64,000 nt of DNA from a bacterium (lineage in GTDB: Bacteria; Zhuqueibacterota; Zhuqueibacteria; Residuimicrobiales; Krinioviventaceae): assembly GCA_963674595.2 (NCBI GenBank), contig CAXXFV010000023.1:704001-768000 (forward strand), in the 5' to 3' direction. Positions 51,737-61,591 of this stretch are shown here, one piece after another. How positions within the stretch are numbered: position 1 is the stretch's first letter; each line of letters begins with the position of its first letter. Made by a program: the position numbers and the translations under genes. The notes under the pieces were generated by a model. The model ran no database searches. It was not told the origin of the DNA and was given only the letters and a program-made list of their open reading frames with translations.

Positions 51737-52849
51737 CTACAGGCACTTGCAGTAATGGGATCCTGACATTCTTTTTATAACGTCCCTGCTTTCGAGTTTA
51801 AGCAGGATTTCACTCAAATAAGGCCAGGAAAACCCGGTCCCTGAAACCAGGTGGTCCAAGCTGGTGAGCCTGTCCGGGAAAAGCATATTCACCACAGTGG
51901 ATTCATCCCGCGAAAGAGAAACACAGTCCTCAGTATCCGCCTCGACGATCTCAGCTTCCAGCTTTAGTTTTCTCAAGACGTGTACAGGCAGGTAATCCAC
52001 GATTTCCGCCGGGCTGAGAAGCGGGTGCGCTCCCTGTTTTATCAGGTAATTTGGCCCATAACTGGTTTTACTGGTGATGTTACCCGGCACAGCCCAAACC
52101 TCCCGGTTCTGTTCCAGGGCCAGCCTGGCTGTGATCAGTGAGCCGGAAAATTCAGCTGCTTCGGTTATCAGGGTGCCCCAGGAAAGCCCGCTTATGATCC
52201 GGTTGCGGACCGGAAAATTCTGGGGAGCTGGATATGCGCCCATGGGGAATTCAGACAGGATGCATCCTGAGTCCTTTATTTTCTGGTACAGCCCCCGGTT
52301 TTCCCTGGGGTAAGGCACATCAACACCAGTACCAAGGACAGCTATCGTGGGCTCTTTTGCAGACAAAGCGCCGAGGTGAGCCCTGGTATCAATGCCCCTG
52401 GCCATACCGCTGACTATGCATAGTTTCATTTCTGAAAACTCCCGGGCCATGTATGTTGTGACTTGTTCTCCATAGACCGTGCATCTTCTGGCCCCGACAA
52501 TCGAAACTGGGGGGATCCGCAAGAAACCCGGGTCACCAGCGGCATAAAGTATCAGGGGAGGATCATAAATCTCCTTAAGCAGCTCAGGATATTCATCATC
52601 TTTCAGGCTGATAATCTTCACGCTTTTTTTTTCGGCCATCCCGACCGCCTCTTCCGCTTTCCGCTCCGACTCCCCCGAAACAATGGAAAGACAAGCTTCA
52701 TTTCCAAATTTAAACTCCCTCAAATGCCGTGTCTTCATCTTCATTATTTCGCAGGCACTTCCCGCTACCTTGATCCCATTAAGGATCTTAACTACACCTA
52801 TACCGCTGGTTAACGCCAATGCCAGCATCGAGAACTTTTCATCATCCAT
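51737..52849 (-). CDS. dprA: DNA-processing protein DprA
   Basis: YPELLKEIYDPP, IVGAR, VSGMARGID, FPVRNRIISG, SGSLITA; upstream of topA. Confidence 0.93.
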   Translation of the reverse strand: MDDEKFSMLALALTSGIGVVKILNGIKVAGSACEIMKMKTRHLREFKFGNEACLSIVSGESERKAEEAVGMAEKKSVKIISLKDDEYPELLKEIYDPPLILYAAGDPGFLRIPPVSIVGARRCTVYGEQVTTYMAREFSEMKLCIVSGMARGIDTRAHLGALSAKEPTIAVLGTGVDVPYPRENRGLYQKIKDSGCILSEFPMGAYPAPQNFPVRNRIISGLSWGTLITEAAEFSGSLITARLALEQNREVWAVPGNITSKTSYGPNYLIKQGAHPLLSPAEIVDYLPVHVLRKLKLEAEIVEADTEDCVSLSRDESTVVNMLFPDRLTSLDHLVSGTGFSWPYLSEILLKLESRDVIKRMSGSHYCKCL

Positions 52850-53009
52850 TACTGGAAATAACGTCTCAAAAACTGGAATTGCGAAATCAGCAGGGTTTTA
52901 TTTTCTGGTAGCAGATCTTGGTTTTCGAATTTCAGATTTTGTGGTTGGGATTTTACGCCTTTGGCAGGAGGGTGCTTCACATGTCGTAATTCTGTTCTAA
53001 TATATACCT

Positions 53010-54182
53010 ATGAAAATCAAAGTTGGCCTCGAGGTACTCCTTGAGAAAAAAATGGAATTGCTGAAGGGCGCACGCATCGGCCTGGTGGGCCACCAGCCGT
53101 CAGTCAACTCTACCCTGGATCATGCTGTGAACCTTCTCAACAATCATCCATCGGTGCGGCTGACCACTGTATTCGGGCCGCAGCACGGCATTTGGGGAGA
53201 AACCCAGGACAACATGATTGAGTGGAGGAGCTACCGGGATCCAAGGACCGGGCTGCCCTTCTTCAGCCTGTACGGAGAAACCCGCAAACCGACCCCGGAA
53301 ATGCTGGAAGAAGTTGATACCATCGTTATTGACCTGCAGGATGTTGGGGCGCGATATTACACCTATATCTATACCATGGCCTTGACCATGGAGGCATGTG
53401 CCGAACTGGGGAAAAAAGTTATTGTCCTGGACAGGCCTAATCCAATAGACGGGATTCATATAGAAGGACCGATGCTGGACCCTGCCTTTAAATCCTTTGT
53501 CGGATTGTATCCGCTGCCGGCCAGGCCCGGCATGACCATCGGAGAGCTGGCCCTCTATTTCAACCAGGAATGCGGGATCAGCTGCGACCTGGCGGTGATA
53601 CCAATGGAAAACTGGGACCGGGAGATGTATTTTGAGGACACCGGATTCCCCTGGGTCATCCCTTCCCCTAACATGCCGGCAATCACTACGGCGGCTGTTT
53701 ATCCGGGCATGTGCCTTTTTGAAGCCACCAATGTCTCAGAAGCGCGGGGCACAACCCTTCCCTTCGAACTGACCGGCGCGCCCTGGGTGAAAGATCCCCA
53801 CCAATTTGCTGAAAGGATGGGAGAATTTTCACTCCCCGGGGTGACGTTCAGGCCCCTATATTTCACACCGACTTTTCACAAATGGAAAGATCAGCTGATA
53901 GGGGGAGTACAAACCCATGTGACTGACAGGAAACTTTTCAAACCTTTCCTGACCTCCCTGGCCCTGGTTGTCGCCTACCGGGAATCGGGAGGCCTGGATT
54001 TTAAATGGAAGGATCCCCCCTACGAATATGAATATGACCTGCTGCCTTTTGACATCCTGGCGGGATCAGACCGGACCAGGCTGCAGGTTGAAAGCGGGGC
54101 CAGCCTGGCAGAAATAGAAAATTCCTGGAAACCCGGCCTGAAAGAATTCAGAAAAATCCGGCAGGGTTACCTGCTCTACTGA
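53010..54182 (+). CDS. namZ: Exo-beta-N-acetylmuramidase NamZ (DUF1343)
   Basis: FGPQHG, SLYG, DLQDVGARYYTY, LDRPNP, GMTIGELA, PSPNMP, FEATNVSEARGT. Confidence 0.85.
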   Translation: MKIKVGLEVLLEKKMELLKGARIGLVGHQPSVNSTLDHAVNLLNNHPSVRLTTVFGPQHGIWGETQDNMIEWRSYRDPRTGLPFFSLYGETRKPTPEMLEEVDTIVIDLQDVGARYYTYIYTMALTMEACAELGKKVIVLDRPNPIDGIHIEGPMLDPAFKSFVGLYPLPARPGMTIGELALYFNQECGISCDLAVIPMENWDREMYFEDTGFPWVIPSPNMPAITTAAVYPGMCLFEATNVSEARGTTLPFELTGAPWVKDPHQFAERMGEFSLPGVTFRPLYFTPTFHKWKDQLIGGVQTHVTDRKLFKPFLTSLALVVAYRESGGLDFKWKDPPYEYEYDLLPFDILAGSDRTRLQVESGASLAEIENSWKPGLKEFRKIRQGYLLY

Positions 54183-54220
54183 CATAAATCGGTTCACTTT
54201 TTCCAGCCCGGCAGGCTCAG

Positions 54221-54784
54221 ATGGCCAAGAATAAAATTTTTGAAGAAATAGAAATAAAAATCAGGATACCTGAAGAATCCCTGGATTCATTCAGGACAAA
54301 ACTACTTGGTTACGGATTCAGTAAGACTTTCCCCAGGAGCCTGGAACTGAACACCCTGTTTGACTACCCTGACCGGAGGATTTATTCATCCGGCTGCACC
54401 GTACGCCTCAGGACCTATGGGACCCTCCATATCCTGACCTGGAAAGGGCCTGTCAAGCCTGATTCGCAGCTTAAAATCAGGGAGGAAATTGAGACTGAAG
54501 TATCCAGCCGGGAAGCTGGTATGTTAATCCTCAAAAAAATCGGCCTGCAGCCAGTAATAGAATATTCAAAATTCCGGGAAAAATACCGGTCAAAGGTCAA
54601 GGGTGAAGTCGAAATCTGCATTGATGAGACCAAGGCGGGAAATTTCATGGAAATAGAAGGGTCTGAAAAGGATATAAATCATATTGCTGCGATGATGGGG
54701 CTGACCGGATCAGATTATGTTAAAGATTCATATGTTGAGCTGCTCATGCGGGACGAAACAGGTAAAGAGGATCAAAACAATTGA
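54221..54784 (+). CDS. CYTH-domain protein (class IV adenylate cyclase-like triphosphate tunnel enzyme)
   Basis: EIEIK (ExExK), VRLR, LTWKGP, REEIE, K.RE.Y, MEIEG. Confidence 0.85.
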   Translation: MAKNKIFEEIEIKIRIPEESLDSFRTKLLGYGFSKTFPRSLELNTLFDYPDRRIYSSGCTVRLRTYGTLHILTWKGPVKPDSQLKIREEIETEVSSREAGMLILKKIGLQPVIEYSKFREKYRSKVKGEVEICIDETKAGNFMEIEGSEKDINHIAAMMGLTGSDYVKDSYVELLMRDETGKEDQNN

Positions 54785-55818
54785 AAAATCTGCGCGGGAT
54801 GGTTTTATCCGCAGGACTCGGAACAAGGTTAAGGCCGCTCACATACATGATGGCCAAGCCGGCAGTCCCGTTCCTGGGCAGGCCCTTGATCCACTATTCC
54901 CTGGACATGCTCACTGAACTGGGAATCAAGGATATAGCCGTCAATCTGCACTACCTCCCCGAAACTGTGGAAGCTGTCCTGAAGGACAGGAAAGAAAATA
55001 TCCTTTTATCCCTGGAGAAAACCATCCTGGGCACTGGCGGATGCCTGGGGAAACTCAGGGACTATTTCTCAGGAAGTACCATAGTCCTCTCCAACGGCAA
55101 AATCTATTTTACCGAAACCATGCTGGAGTACGCCCTGAAAGATCACTTCGACAGTAAATCGCTGGTAACCATGGTGCTGGTACCCTGGGAGGAAGGAATG
55201 CCTTACAAAAAAGTATTCCTGAACAGGGATCACCAAATCCTGGGATTTTCCAGGAATATTTCATCCGAAGATGAGATGCGCCGAATCAGGGAACAAAGCG
55301 GCAGGGAGCCGTTTGTATATACCGGAATCCAGATCATTGATTCAGCTGTACTGTCCAGCATCCCTGATGGGTATTCAGACACTGTCGCTGATATTTATCC
55401 GAGGCTTATCCGGAGCGGCTCATCCTTGAGAGGTTATGTCAGTTCCGGTTTCTGGCGAGAGTGCAGCACGCCTGCCAGGTACTTGAAGTCTTCGCTGGAT
55501 GTAATGCGGAAAAACCGGGCCTTACGGCATGAACCTGATCAGGCCTCAGCCGATGAAATCTTTACAGGACATTCTGTTAAGATTCCTTCAGAAACCAGGC
55601 TGCGTGACTGTGTGATCTGGGACAACTCCCGGATCGGAAGCAACTCATGTTTTGAAAACGTAATTATTGCCGGAACATCAGGCGTTTTACCGGGCGGGAT
55701 GGAAGTTAAGGATGCCGTAATTACACCCCCCCTGGCTGATATTCCCGCTGTTATGCCATCTAGTGCTGAAACCGGGCCCGGATACATAATCTGGCCTTTA
55801 AATGAATCAAGGGATTAA
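54781..55818 (+). CDS. Sugar-1-phosphate nucleotidyltransferase (MurU-like)
   Basis: LSAGLGTRLRPLT...KP, VNLHY, LGTGG; adjacent to an AmgK-like kinase. Confidence 0.8.
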   Translation: MKNLRGMVLSAGLGTRLRPLTYMMAKPAVPFLGRPLIHYSLDMLTELGIKDIAVNLHYLPETVEAVLKDRKENILLSLEKTILGTGGCLGKLRDYFSGSTIVLSNGKIYFTETMLEYALKDHFDSKSLVTMVLVPWEEGMPYKKVFLNRDHQILGFSRNISSEDEMRRIREQSGREPFVYTGIQIIDSAVLSSIPDGYSDTVADIYPRLIRSGSSLRGYVSSGFWRECSTPARYLKSSLDVMRKNRALRHEPDQASADEIFTGHSVKIPSETRLRDCVIWDNSRIGSNSCFENVIIAGTSGVLPGGMEVKDAVITPPLADIPAVMPSSAETGPGYIIWPLNESRD

Positions 55819-55848
55819 TTTCCCCTGTTTACCAAGGAACGACAAAAC

Positions 55849-56895
55849 GTGGACCAGCTCAATCCCAATCCTATTCAACAAAGGCTGATGGAGTTCATCC
55901 GAAAGGAATTGGCTCCCGAAAACGGAAGCTACAGTGTCAGGAAACTTCTGGGGGATGCCTCTTCCCGCCAGTATTACCGTTATGTGGCAGGTTCAGGGGA
56001 ATCCTTCATAATGGCGGCCTATCCTGAACCTTTTGCGGAAGATCATTTCTCCTATAAAGAGATCTATGACATCCTCCGCCTGATTGATGTGCCTGTTCCC
56101 GAGATTTTGAAGATTGACGGGCCCCTGGGCATTGTCTTCCAGGAAGACCTTGGAGATGAGTCTTTGCAGAAAACCCTGGCAGAAACTCCTTCCAACATGA
56201 AAAAAATCCTCCTGGAAACTGCTATGGACATGATCATAAAGATCCAGGAAAAAGGAACTCACGCTTTCAAACCTGAGTATGAGGGGTACAAACTGGCGTT
56301 TGACCGGGAAAAGCTGATCTGGGAATTCAATTTTTTCAGGAAGCACTACCTGGGTAATTACCGGGGAGTCAGTTACGATTCAGCCGAAAGCATAACTTCA
56401 GAGTTTGCAATCATTGCCGAGGAATTGGCTGGCCTGCCGCGGGTCCTCTGCCACAGGGATTTTCATGTACGCAATATAATGGTAAAAAACGGAATCCAGT
56501 ACCTGATTGATTTCCAGGATGCCAGGTGGGGCCCACTGGTTTATGATGTATCATCTCTTTTAAAGGATTCGATGAGCCTGGACCGTGAAACGATAGACAG
56601 TGTCCTGCTTTACTACCGTAAGGAGATTGTCAAATGTGACCTCCCCGGACAAAACAAGGCGCAGCTGGAGCCGAAATTTTTCCTCCGGCAGTTTCACCTG
56701 ATGTCCATACAAAGGCTGTTAAAGGCCCTGGGTACCTATGGATACCAGGTGATAGTCCGGGACAACTTCATCTATGAACAGTATATGAAAGGTTCTCTGC
56801 AGAGAGTCCTTCTTTCTCTCAAGGAGATTGGGGAATTCCCGAATATCGAAAATATGGTAGAAAAGGAACTCCAGTATAAACTTGAGGGAAAATAG
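55849..56895 (+). CDS. amgK: Anomeric MurNAc/GlcNAc kinase AmgK-like phosphotransferase
   Basis: GDASSRQYYR, EDLG, HRDFHVRNIM, IDFQDA..GP..YD, QRLLKALGTYG. Confidence 0.75.
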   Translation: MDQLNPNPIQQRLMEFIRKELAPENGSYSVRKLLGDASSRQYYRYVAGSGESFIMAAYPEPFAEDHFSYKEIYDILRLIDVPVPEILKIDGPLGIVFQEDLGDESLQKTLAETPSNMKKILLETAMDMIIKIQEKGTHAFKPEYEGYKLAFDREKLIWEFNFFRKHYLGNYRGVSYDSAESITSEFAIIAEELAGLPRVLCHRDFHVRNIMVKNGIQYLIDFQDARWGPLVYDVSSLLKDSMSLDRETIDSVLLYYRKEIVKCDLPGQNKAQLEPKFFLRQFHLMSIQRLLKALGTYGYQVIVRDNFIYEQYMKGSLQRVLLSLKEIGEFPNIENMVEKELQYKLEGK

Positions 56896-56953
56896 TTACT
56901 CTTCCAGGCCAGGCACCGGAACTGAGAACGGCGAAGTGAGATTGTCGAACGCC

Positions 56954-56986
56954 CTTGAATCTTGAATCTTGAATCTTGAATCTTGA
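56954..56986. repeat. Perfect heptamer tandem repeat (CTTGAAT)4.7
   Basis: CTTGAAT x4 + CTTGA between amgK and asnS. Confidence 0.9.
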
Positions 56987-57073
56987 CCTGGCCTGGAAAC
57001 CAGATAAATAAAATAAATGTAATTCACCCGGGGTAATAATCCTGGGATCAGCAGCTGTACGGCGGAGGAATTT

Positions 57074-58363
57074 ATGCATACCTATATTTCAGACATCAGC
57101 AAGCACGAAGGTGCCGACATAACCATTAAGGGATGGGTGTACAACAAAACTGACAAGGGAAAACTTCGTTTTCTCATGCTGCGTGACGGTACCGGCACAG
57201 TCCAGGCAGTTGTTTTCAAAAAAAATGTCAGCGAAGAGTCCTTTGCGGCGGCAGATTCAGCCACCCAGGAATCCTCGATAATCGTTTCCGGAACAGTGCG
57301 TAAAGATGACCGGGCCCCCGGGGGATACGAACTGGATGTCAAGGAATGCAGTATTTTCCAGCTCGCCGTGGATTATCCGATTACTCCCAAGGAGCATGGA
57401 ACGTCCTTCCTGATGGAGAACCGGCATCTCTGGCTCAGGTCTTCCCGGCAGCATGCCATTCTCAAGGTTCGGCATGAAATTATCCGGGCAGTCAGGGATT
57501 TCTATGACAACAACGGCTATACCCTGGTGGACACGCCGATTCTCACTCCTGCTTCCTGTGAGGGAACAACAACACTTTTTGAACTGGATTATTTCGGGGA
57601 AAAAGCCTACCTCAGCCAGAGCGGACAACTTTACAATGAAGCGGCCTGCATGACTGTTGGTAAAACCTACTGCTTCGGCCCGACTTTCCGGGCTGAAAAG
57701 TCAAAAACCCGCCGCCACCTGATGGAATTCTGGATGGTTGAACCTGAAGTCGCCTGGGCTGACCTGAACGACATTATGAAACTCTCGGAGGATTTTGTTT
57801 CCTACGTGGTCGGCAGGGTTCTGGAAAACCGCCAGGAAGAGCTGAAGATCCTGGAGAGAGATACATCTCTCCTTGAGGCCATTGTTCCGCCCTTCCCTAA
57901 AATCAGCTACGATGAGGCCTTCGGCCTCCTGGAAAAAGAAGGAACTGAAACACCCCGGGGCTCTGACTTCGGGGGAGGTGACGAGACCGTAATTTCCAGC
58001 AAGTTTGACAAGCCGGTTATTATCCATCGTTATCCCTCAAACATAAAGGCGTTTTATATGCAGCCCGATGCTGAAAACCCGGAACTGGCCCTCTGCATGG
58101 ATATGCTTGCTCCTGAAGGATATGGGGAAATAATCGGCGGCAGCCAGAGAATCCATGACCTTGACCTGATTATGAAAAGGATCAGTGAACATAACCTTCC
58201 ACCGGAAGCTTTTAACTGGTTCCTGGATCTCAGGAAATACGGAACTGTTCCCCACAGCGGTTTCGGAATGGGAATTGAAAGGGTAGTTGCCTGGATATGC
58301 AAACTGGACCACGTAAGGGAAACCATTCCCTTCCCCAGAATGCTGCACCGGATGTATCCCTGA
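57074..58363 (+). CDS. asnS: Asparagine--tRNA ligase
   Basis: [55 protein letters not shown]. Confidence 0.95.
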   Translation: MHTYISDISKHEGADITIKGWVYNKTDKGKLRFLMLRDGTGTVQAVVFKKNVSEESFAAADSATQESSIIVSGTVRKDDRAPGGYELDVKECSIFQLAVDYPITPKEHGTSFLMENRHLWLRSSRQHAILKVRHEIIRAVRDFYDNNGYTLVDTPILTPASCEGTTTLFELDYFGEKAYLSQSGQLYNEAACMTVGKTYCFGPTFRAEKSKTRRHLMEFWMVEPEVAWADLNDIMKLSEDFVSYVVGRVLENRQEELKILERDTSLLEAIVPPFPKISYDEAFGLLEKEGTETPRGSDFGGGDETVISSKFDKPVIIHRYPSNIKAFYMQPDAENPELALCMDMLAPEGYGEIIGGSQRIHDLDLIMKRISEHNLPPEAFNWFLDLRKYGTVPHSGFGMGIERVVAWICKLDHVRETIPFPRMLHRMYP

Positions 58364-58452
58364 CCTTCACCCTGCAATAAAAAGAAGAGGATACAACCGA
58401 AACAGAACCAGACAGAGCTAAGGCTCAAAAACTTTAGGCTATAATTAAGAAC

Positions 58453-59383
58453 ATGGAAACACGAAAACTATCAGGCAAAATCACCGCGGACGCGATCAAA
58501 TCTGAAATTGTTGAAGAGGTAAACCAGCTGAAAGAGCGGGGGATAGTACCCGGGCTGGCAACAGTGCTGGTAGGTGAGGATCCGGCTTCTGAAATGTATG
58601 TCGGAAGCAAAGTAAAAACCTGCAGCGAGCTGGGCATGTTTTCGGAACTTGTCAGGATGCCGGCAGATACAACTGAGAAGCAGCTTCTGGAAGCAATTGA
58701 AAAGCTTAACAATAATGACAAAATCGACGGGATCCTGGTCCAGCTGCCCCCTGCCCGGCCAGATAAACGAAACCCCGATCCTGGAAGCCATCAGGCCTGA
58801 CAAGGATGTTGACGGTTTTCATCCAGTCAACACCGGAAAACTCATGAAGGGTGAGACATCCCTGGCTCCCTGTACACCCATGGGCGTAATGGAGATGCTG
58901 GCCCGGGAGAAAGTGGAAATAAAAGGGGGCCAATGCCGTTATCGTCGGCAGAAGCAATATCGTGGGCAAACCCATGGCCATGCTGATGCTGCACCAGCAC
59001 GCTACCGTTACCATCTGCCATTCCAGGTCCCGTAACCTGGCGGAAATATGCCGGCGGGCTGATATCCTGATTGTTGCAGTGGGACGCCCCGGCAATGATT
59101 ACCCGTGAATATATCAAGGAAGGCGCGGTTGTTATTGATGTTGGAACGAACCGGATAACTTCCCTTGATCAGGTGGTGGAGCTCTTCGGCCCGGATTCCC
59201 CCAGGATTGAATCATTTAAGAAGAGGGGTTCAACCATAGTCGGAGATGTTCAATCCCAGGGACCCCTATGGTATCGCAGCTGCTGTTACTCCGGTTCCCG
59301 GAGGTGTGGGCCCTCTTACGATTGCCCACCTGATGAAGAACACACTGATAGCCTGTAAGGTAAGAAGAGCCTCTGTATGCTAA
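58453..59383 (+). pseudogene. folD: Bifunctional methylene-THF dehydrogenase/cyclohydrolase FolD with four +1 frameshifts (probably sequencing errors)
   Basis: The pieces GILVQLP|LPGQ...KDVDGFHP...PCTP...KG|[15 protein letters not shown]...VAVGR|PAMIT...IDVG...GDV|PRDPYG...[15 protein letters not shown] fall in successive frames; stop at 59383. Confidence 0.88.
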
Positions 59384-59489
59384 GCTGAAGAAGCTGATGG
59401 GGACTGCCATTGCAAAAGGGGAATCCCGGGTGCGGCGCGTTTCATAGTGAACCAAAACAGGCTAAAATGGAATCTTAAGCAGAGTGATT

Positions 59490-60464
59490 ATGATAAAAAA
59501 TTCAATTAAAAAAAGTGTTCCTGGTATTTTGCTGACCCTGTTTTGGCTGATGCTGACCATCACCCCGGCCCCGGCCCAGGGAAAACCTTTCGCCCAGGTA
59601 AAATCAGCCAAAGGCCCCTATTTTGCGGCGTTTAATGCTGAACATACCAAGCTCCTGGCCACCTGCTTCGCCGAGAGTGAAGTTCAGATAATAGATCTCA
59701 AGATGAACCGGCCCGGAGCCAGGTTTTACGCCGGATATGAGCCTGTCGGAATTGCAGTTTCTCCTTCGGGAGACAAAATTCTGGTTACCAATCTGAGTCC
59801 CGGGTTGGTAAAAGTCATAGGTTCAGAAAATTACGAAATTCTGGATGACATCAAGGTTGGCGGAAGGCCTTCCAATATAGTAATTTCCTCCAACGGAATC
59901 CATGCTTATGTATCCAACTTCGGGTCGGGCCGGATTGGGAAAATTGATTTCATTAATGTCAGCACTCACCGCGTAGAAGGTGAAGTTGAAGTGGGGGTAA
60001 GGCCATCCGCCCTCGTTATTTCCCCATTTGAAGATCAGCTTTTTGTTGTCTGCTCAGGGTCAAACGATGTCTACCAGATTGATATTTCCCGCAAGTCTGT
60101 CATCAACAAGGTTTCCGTGGGGCTGGGTCCAGATGGAATCGCCCTTTCCAACGACGGACTCACGCTGTACGTGGCAAACAGCAGTACCAACGATATTTCC
60201 ATTATTGATATCCTGGAAATGGAAGAAACCAGGAGGGTTTCTGTAGGTAACAAACCTTTTAACATCAGGGTTACGGAAAACAACGAGATCTGGGTAGTAG
60301 AAACGGGAGACAAGCAGATAAGCGTATATAGCCCTGATTTCGAAAGGCTCAGAACCTATAAAGCCCACAAAAAACCGGTCGATCTGCAGATATCCTCGGA
60401 ATTCGGGACCTTTTTTGTAACTGACGAAAAAGACAACAAAATCCTGATTTACCGGCTCCCCTGA
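59490..60464 (+). CDS. Secreted YVTN/YncE-type beta-propeller protein
   Basis: Signal peptide; repeats such as VGLGPDGIALSNDGLTLYVANSSTNDISIID. Confidence 0.82.
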   Translation: MIKNSIKKSVPGILLTLFWLMLTITPAPAQGKPFAQVKSAKGPYFAAFNAEHTKLLATCFAESEVQIIDLKMNRPGARFYAGYEPVGIAVSPSGDKILVTNLSPGLVKVIGSENYEILDDIKVGGRPSNIVISSNGIHAYVSNFGSGRIGKIDFINVSTHRVEGEVEVGVRPSALVISPFEDQLFVVCSGSNDVYQIDISRKSVINKVSVGLGPDGIALSNDGLTLYVANSSTNDISIIDILEMEETRRVSVGNKPFNIRVTENNEIWVVETGDKQISVYSPDFERLRTYKAHKKPVDLQISSEFGTFFVTDEKDNKILIYRLP

Positions 60465-60543
60465 GTTCATCGGGCCGATCCATCAGGGATAGACGGTTGA
60501 TTTTCGCACGGTTTCTGGGTCATAACTTGCCTTCAGCTCTTCT

Positions 60544-61575
60544 TTGTTTCAATTTGGATTAATAAAATCAGACGCATTCACCGGTCCAACATTTGATATC
60601 ATTCCAGAACAAGTGAAAAGCCACACTAAAACAATTCTAAAAGCTGCATTGAGTTTCGGCCTCCTGGGACTCCTTTTCTACCGGACCGATACTGAAGAGC
60701 TGCTTAGTGTACTGCTATCAATCAACTGGTTTCTGATCATTCCGGCCGTATTCATTCTCTTCAGCACGACTCTCCTCCAGACTCTCCGCTGGAACCTTAT
60801 CCTTCGGAATTTTGATCTGTCCGTGAAATATGGATGGCTCTACAGGATTGTACTGATAGGTTGTTTTTTCAACCTGTTTCTCCCTTCATCAGTGGGCGGA
60901 GACTTTTTCAGGGCCTACTACCTTGGCAAACATGAAGGAATAGGTGTCCCCGTGGCCGCGACTACAACCCTTATCGACCGGATTTCCGGGATGTTCGCCC
61001 TGATGCTGCTTGGCCTGTTCTGCTCCTTCTTCTCCCCCCAGTCGCTGGCAGGAGTCCCCCTCAGGATGATATTTATCGGAATATTCCTGTTTTTCACAAC
61101 CGGCATAATCATGTTTTTTCATCCGGGCCTGCACAGGCTCCTGGAAAAAATTCTTATCCGCGTCAAGGCAGCCGGCCTGGCCGAAAAAACGGCCCCGATT
61201 TATGAAGGAGTCACCCGTTTCAGGCAGAACATTCCAGACGTGCTTCTGACAACCGGCCTGTCCCTGGTGATACAGGTAATTTCCATCTCTTCAGTATGGG
61301 TGGCAGCCATGGCCATGCATATTAAAGCCCCTTTCCTGCTGTTCCTTGTTTTTGTTCCACTCATCAACATCGCGGTCGCGATTCCGTTAACCATCAATGG
61401 AGTAGGCTTGCGAGAAGGCATGTACTTCCTGCTCTTTTCACAGATCGGGGTTCCCATGGAATCTTCCATAACCCTGTCCCTGGTCACCATGTTCATGTAT
61501 TTTGGAATGGCTTTACCAGGAGGATTTGTATACTCTGTTTTCAAAAAAGATCAGGCTTTTCCATTAGAGACCTGA
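60544..61575 (+). CDS. Lysylphosphatidylglycerol synthase TM-region / flippase-like membrane protein (UPF0104)
   Basis: LRW, FFNLFLPSSVGGDFFR, IDRISG, IPLTINGVGLREG. The true start may be GTG 60613. Confidence 0.85.
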   Translation: MFQFGLIKSDAFTGPTFDIIPEQVKSHTKTILKAALSFGLLGLLFYRTDTEELLSVLLSINWFLIIPAVFILFSTTLLQTLRWNLILRNFDLSVKYGWLYRIVLIGCFFNLFLPSSVGGDFFRAYYLGKHEGIGVPVAATTTLIDRISGMFALMLLGLFCSFFSPQSLAGVPLRMIFIGIFLFFTTGIIMFFHPGLHRLLEKILIRVKAAGLAEKTAPIYEGVTRFRQNIPDVLLTTGLSLVIQVISISSVWVAAMAMHIKAPFLLFLVFVPLINIAVAIPLTINGVGLREGMYFLLFSQIGVPMESSITLSLVTMFMYFGMALPGGFVYSVFKKDQAFPLET

Positions 61576-61591
61576 TATTAAAAATTCACTT

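Noticed and set aside
49083-52849. dprA-topA adjacency as a novel competence system
   Set aside because: This is a widely conserved, well-known gene pair.
58453-59383. Programmed ribosomal frameshifting in folD
   Set aside because: Four independent shifts with no slippery heptamer or stimulatory structure; sequencing error is far more parsimonious.
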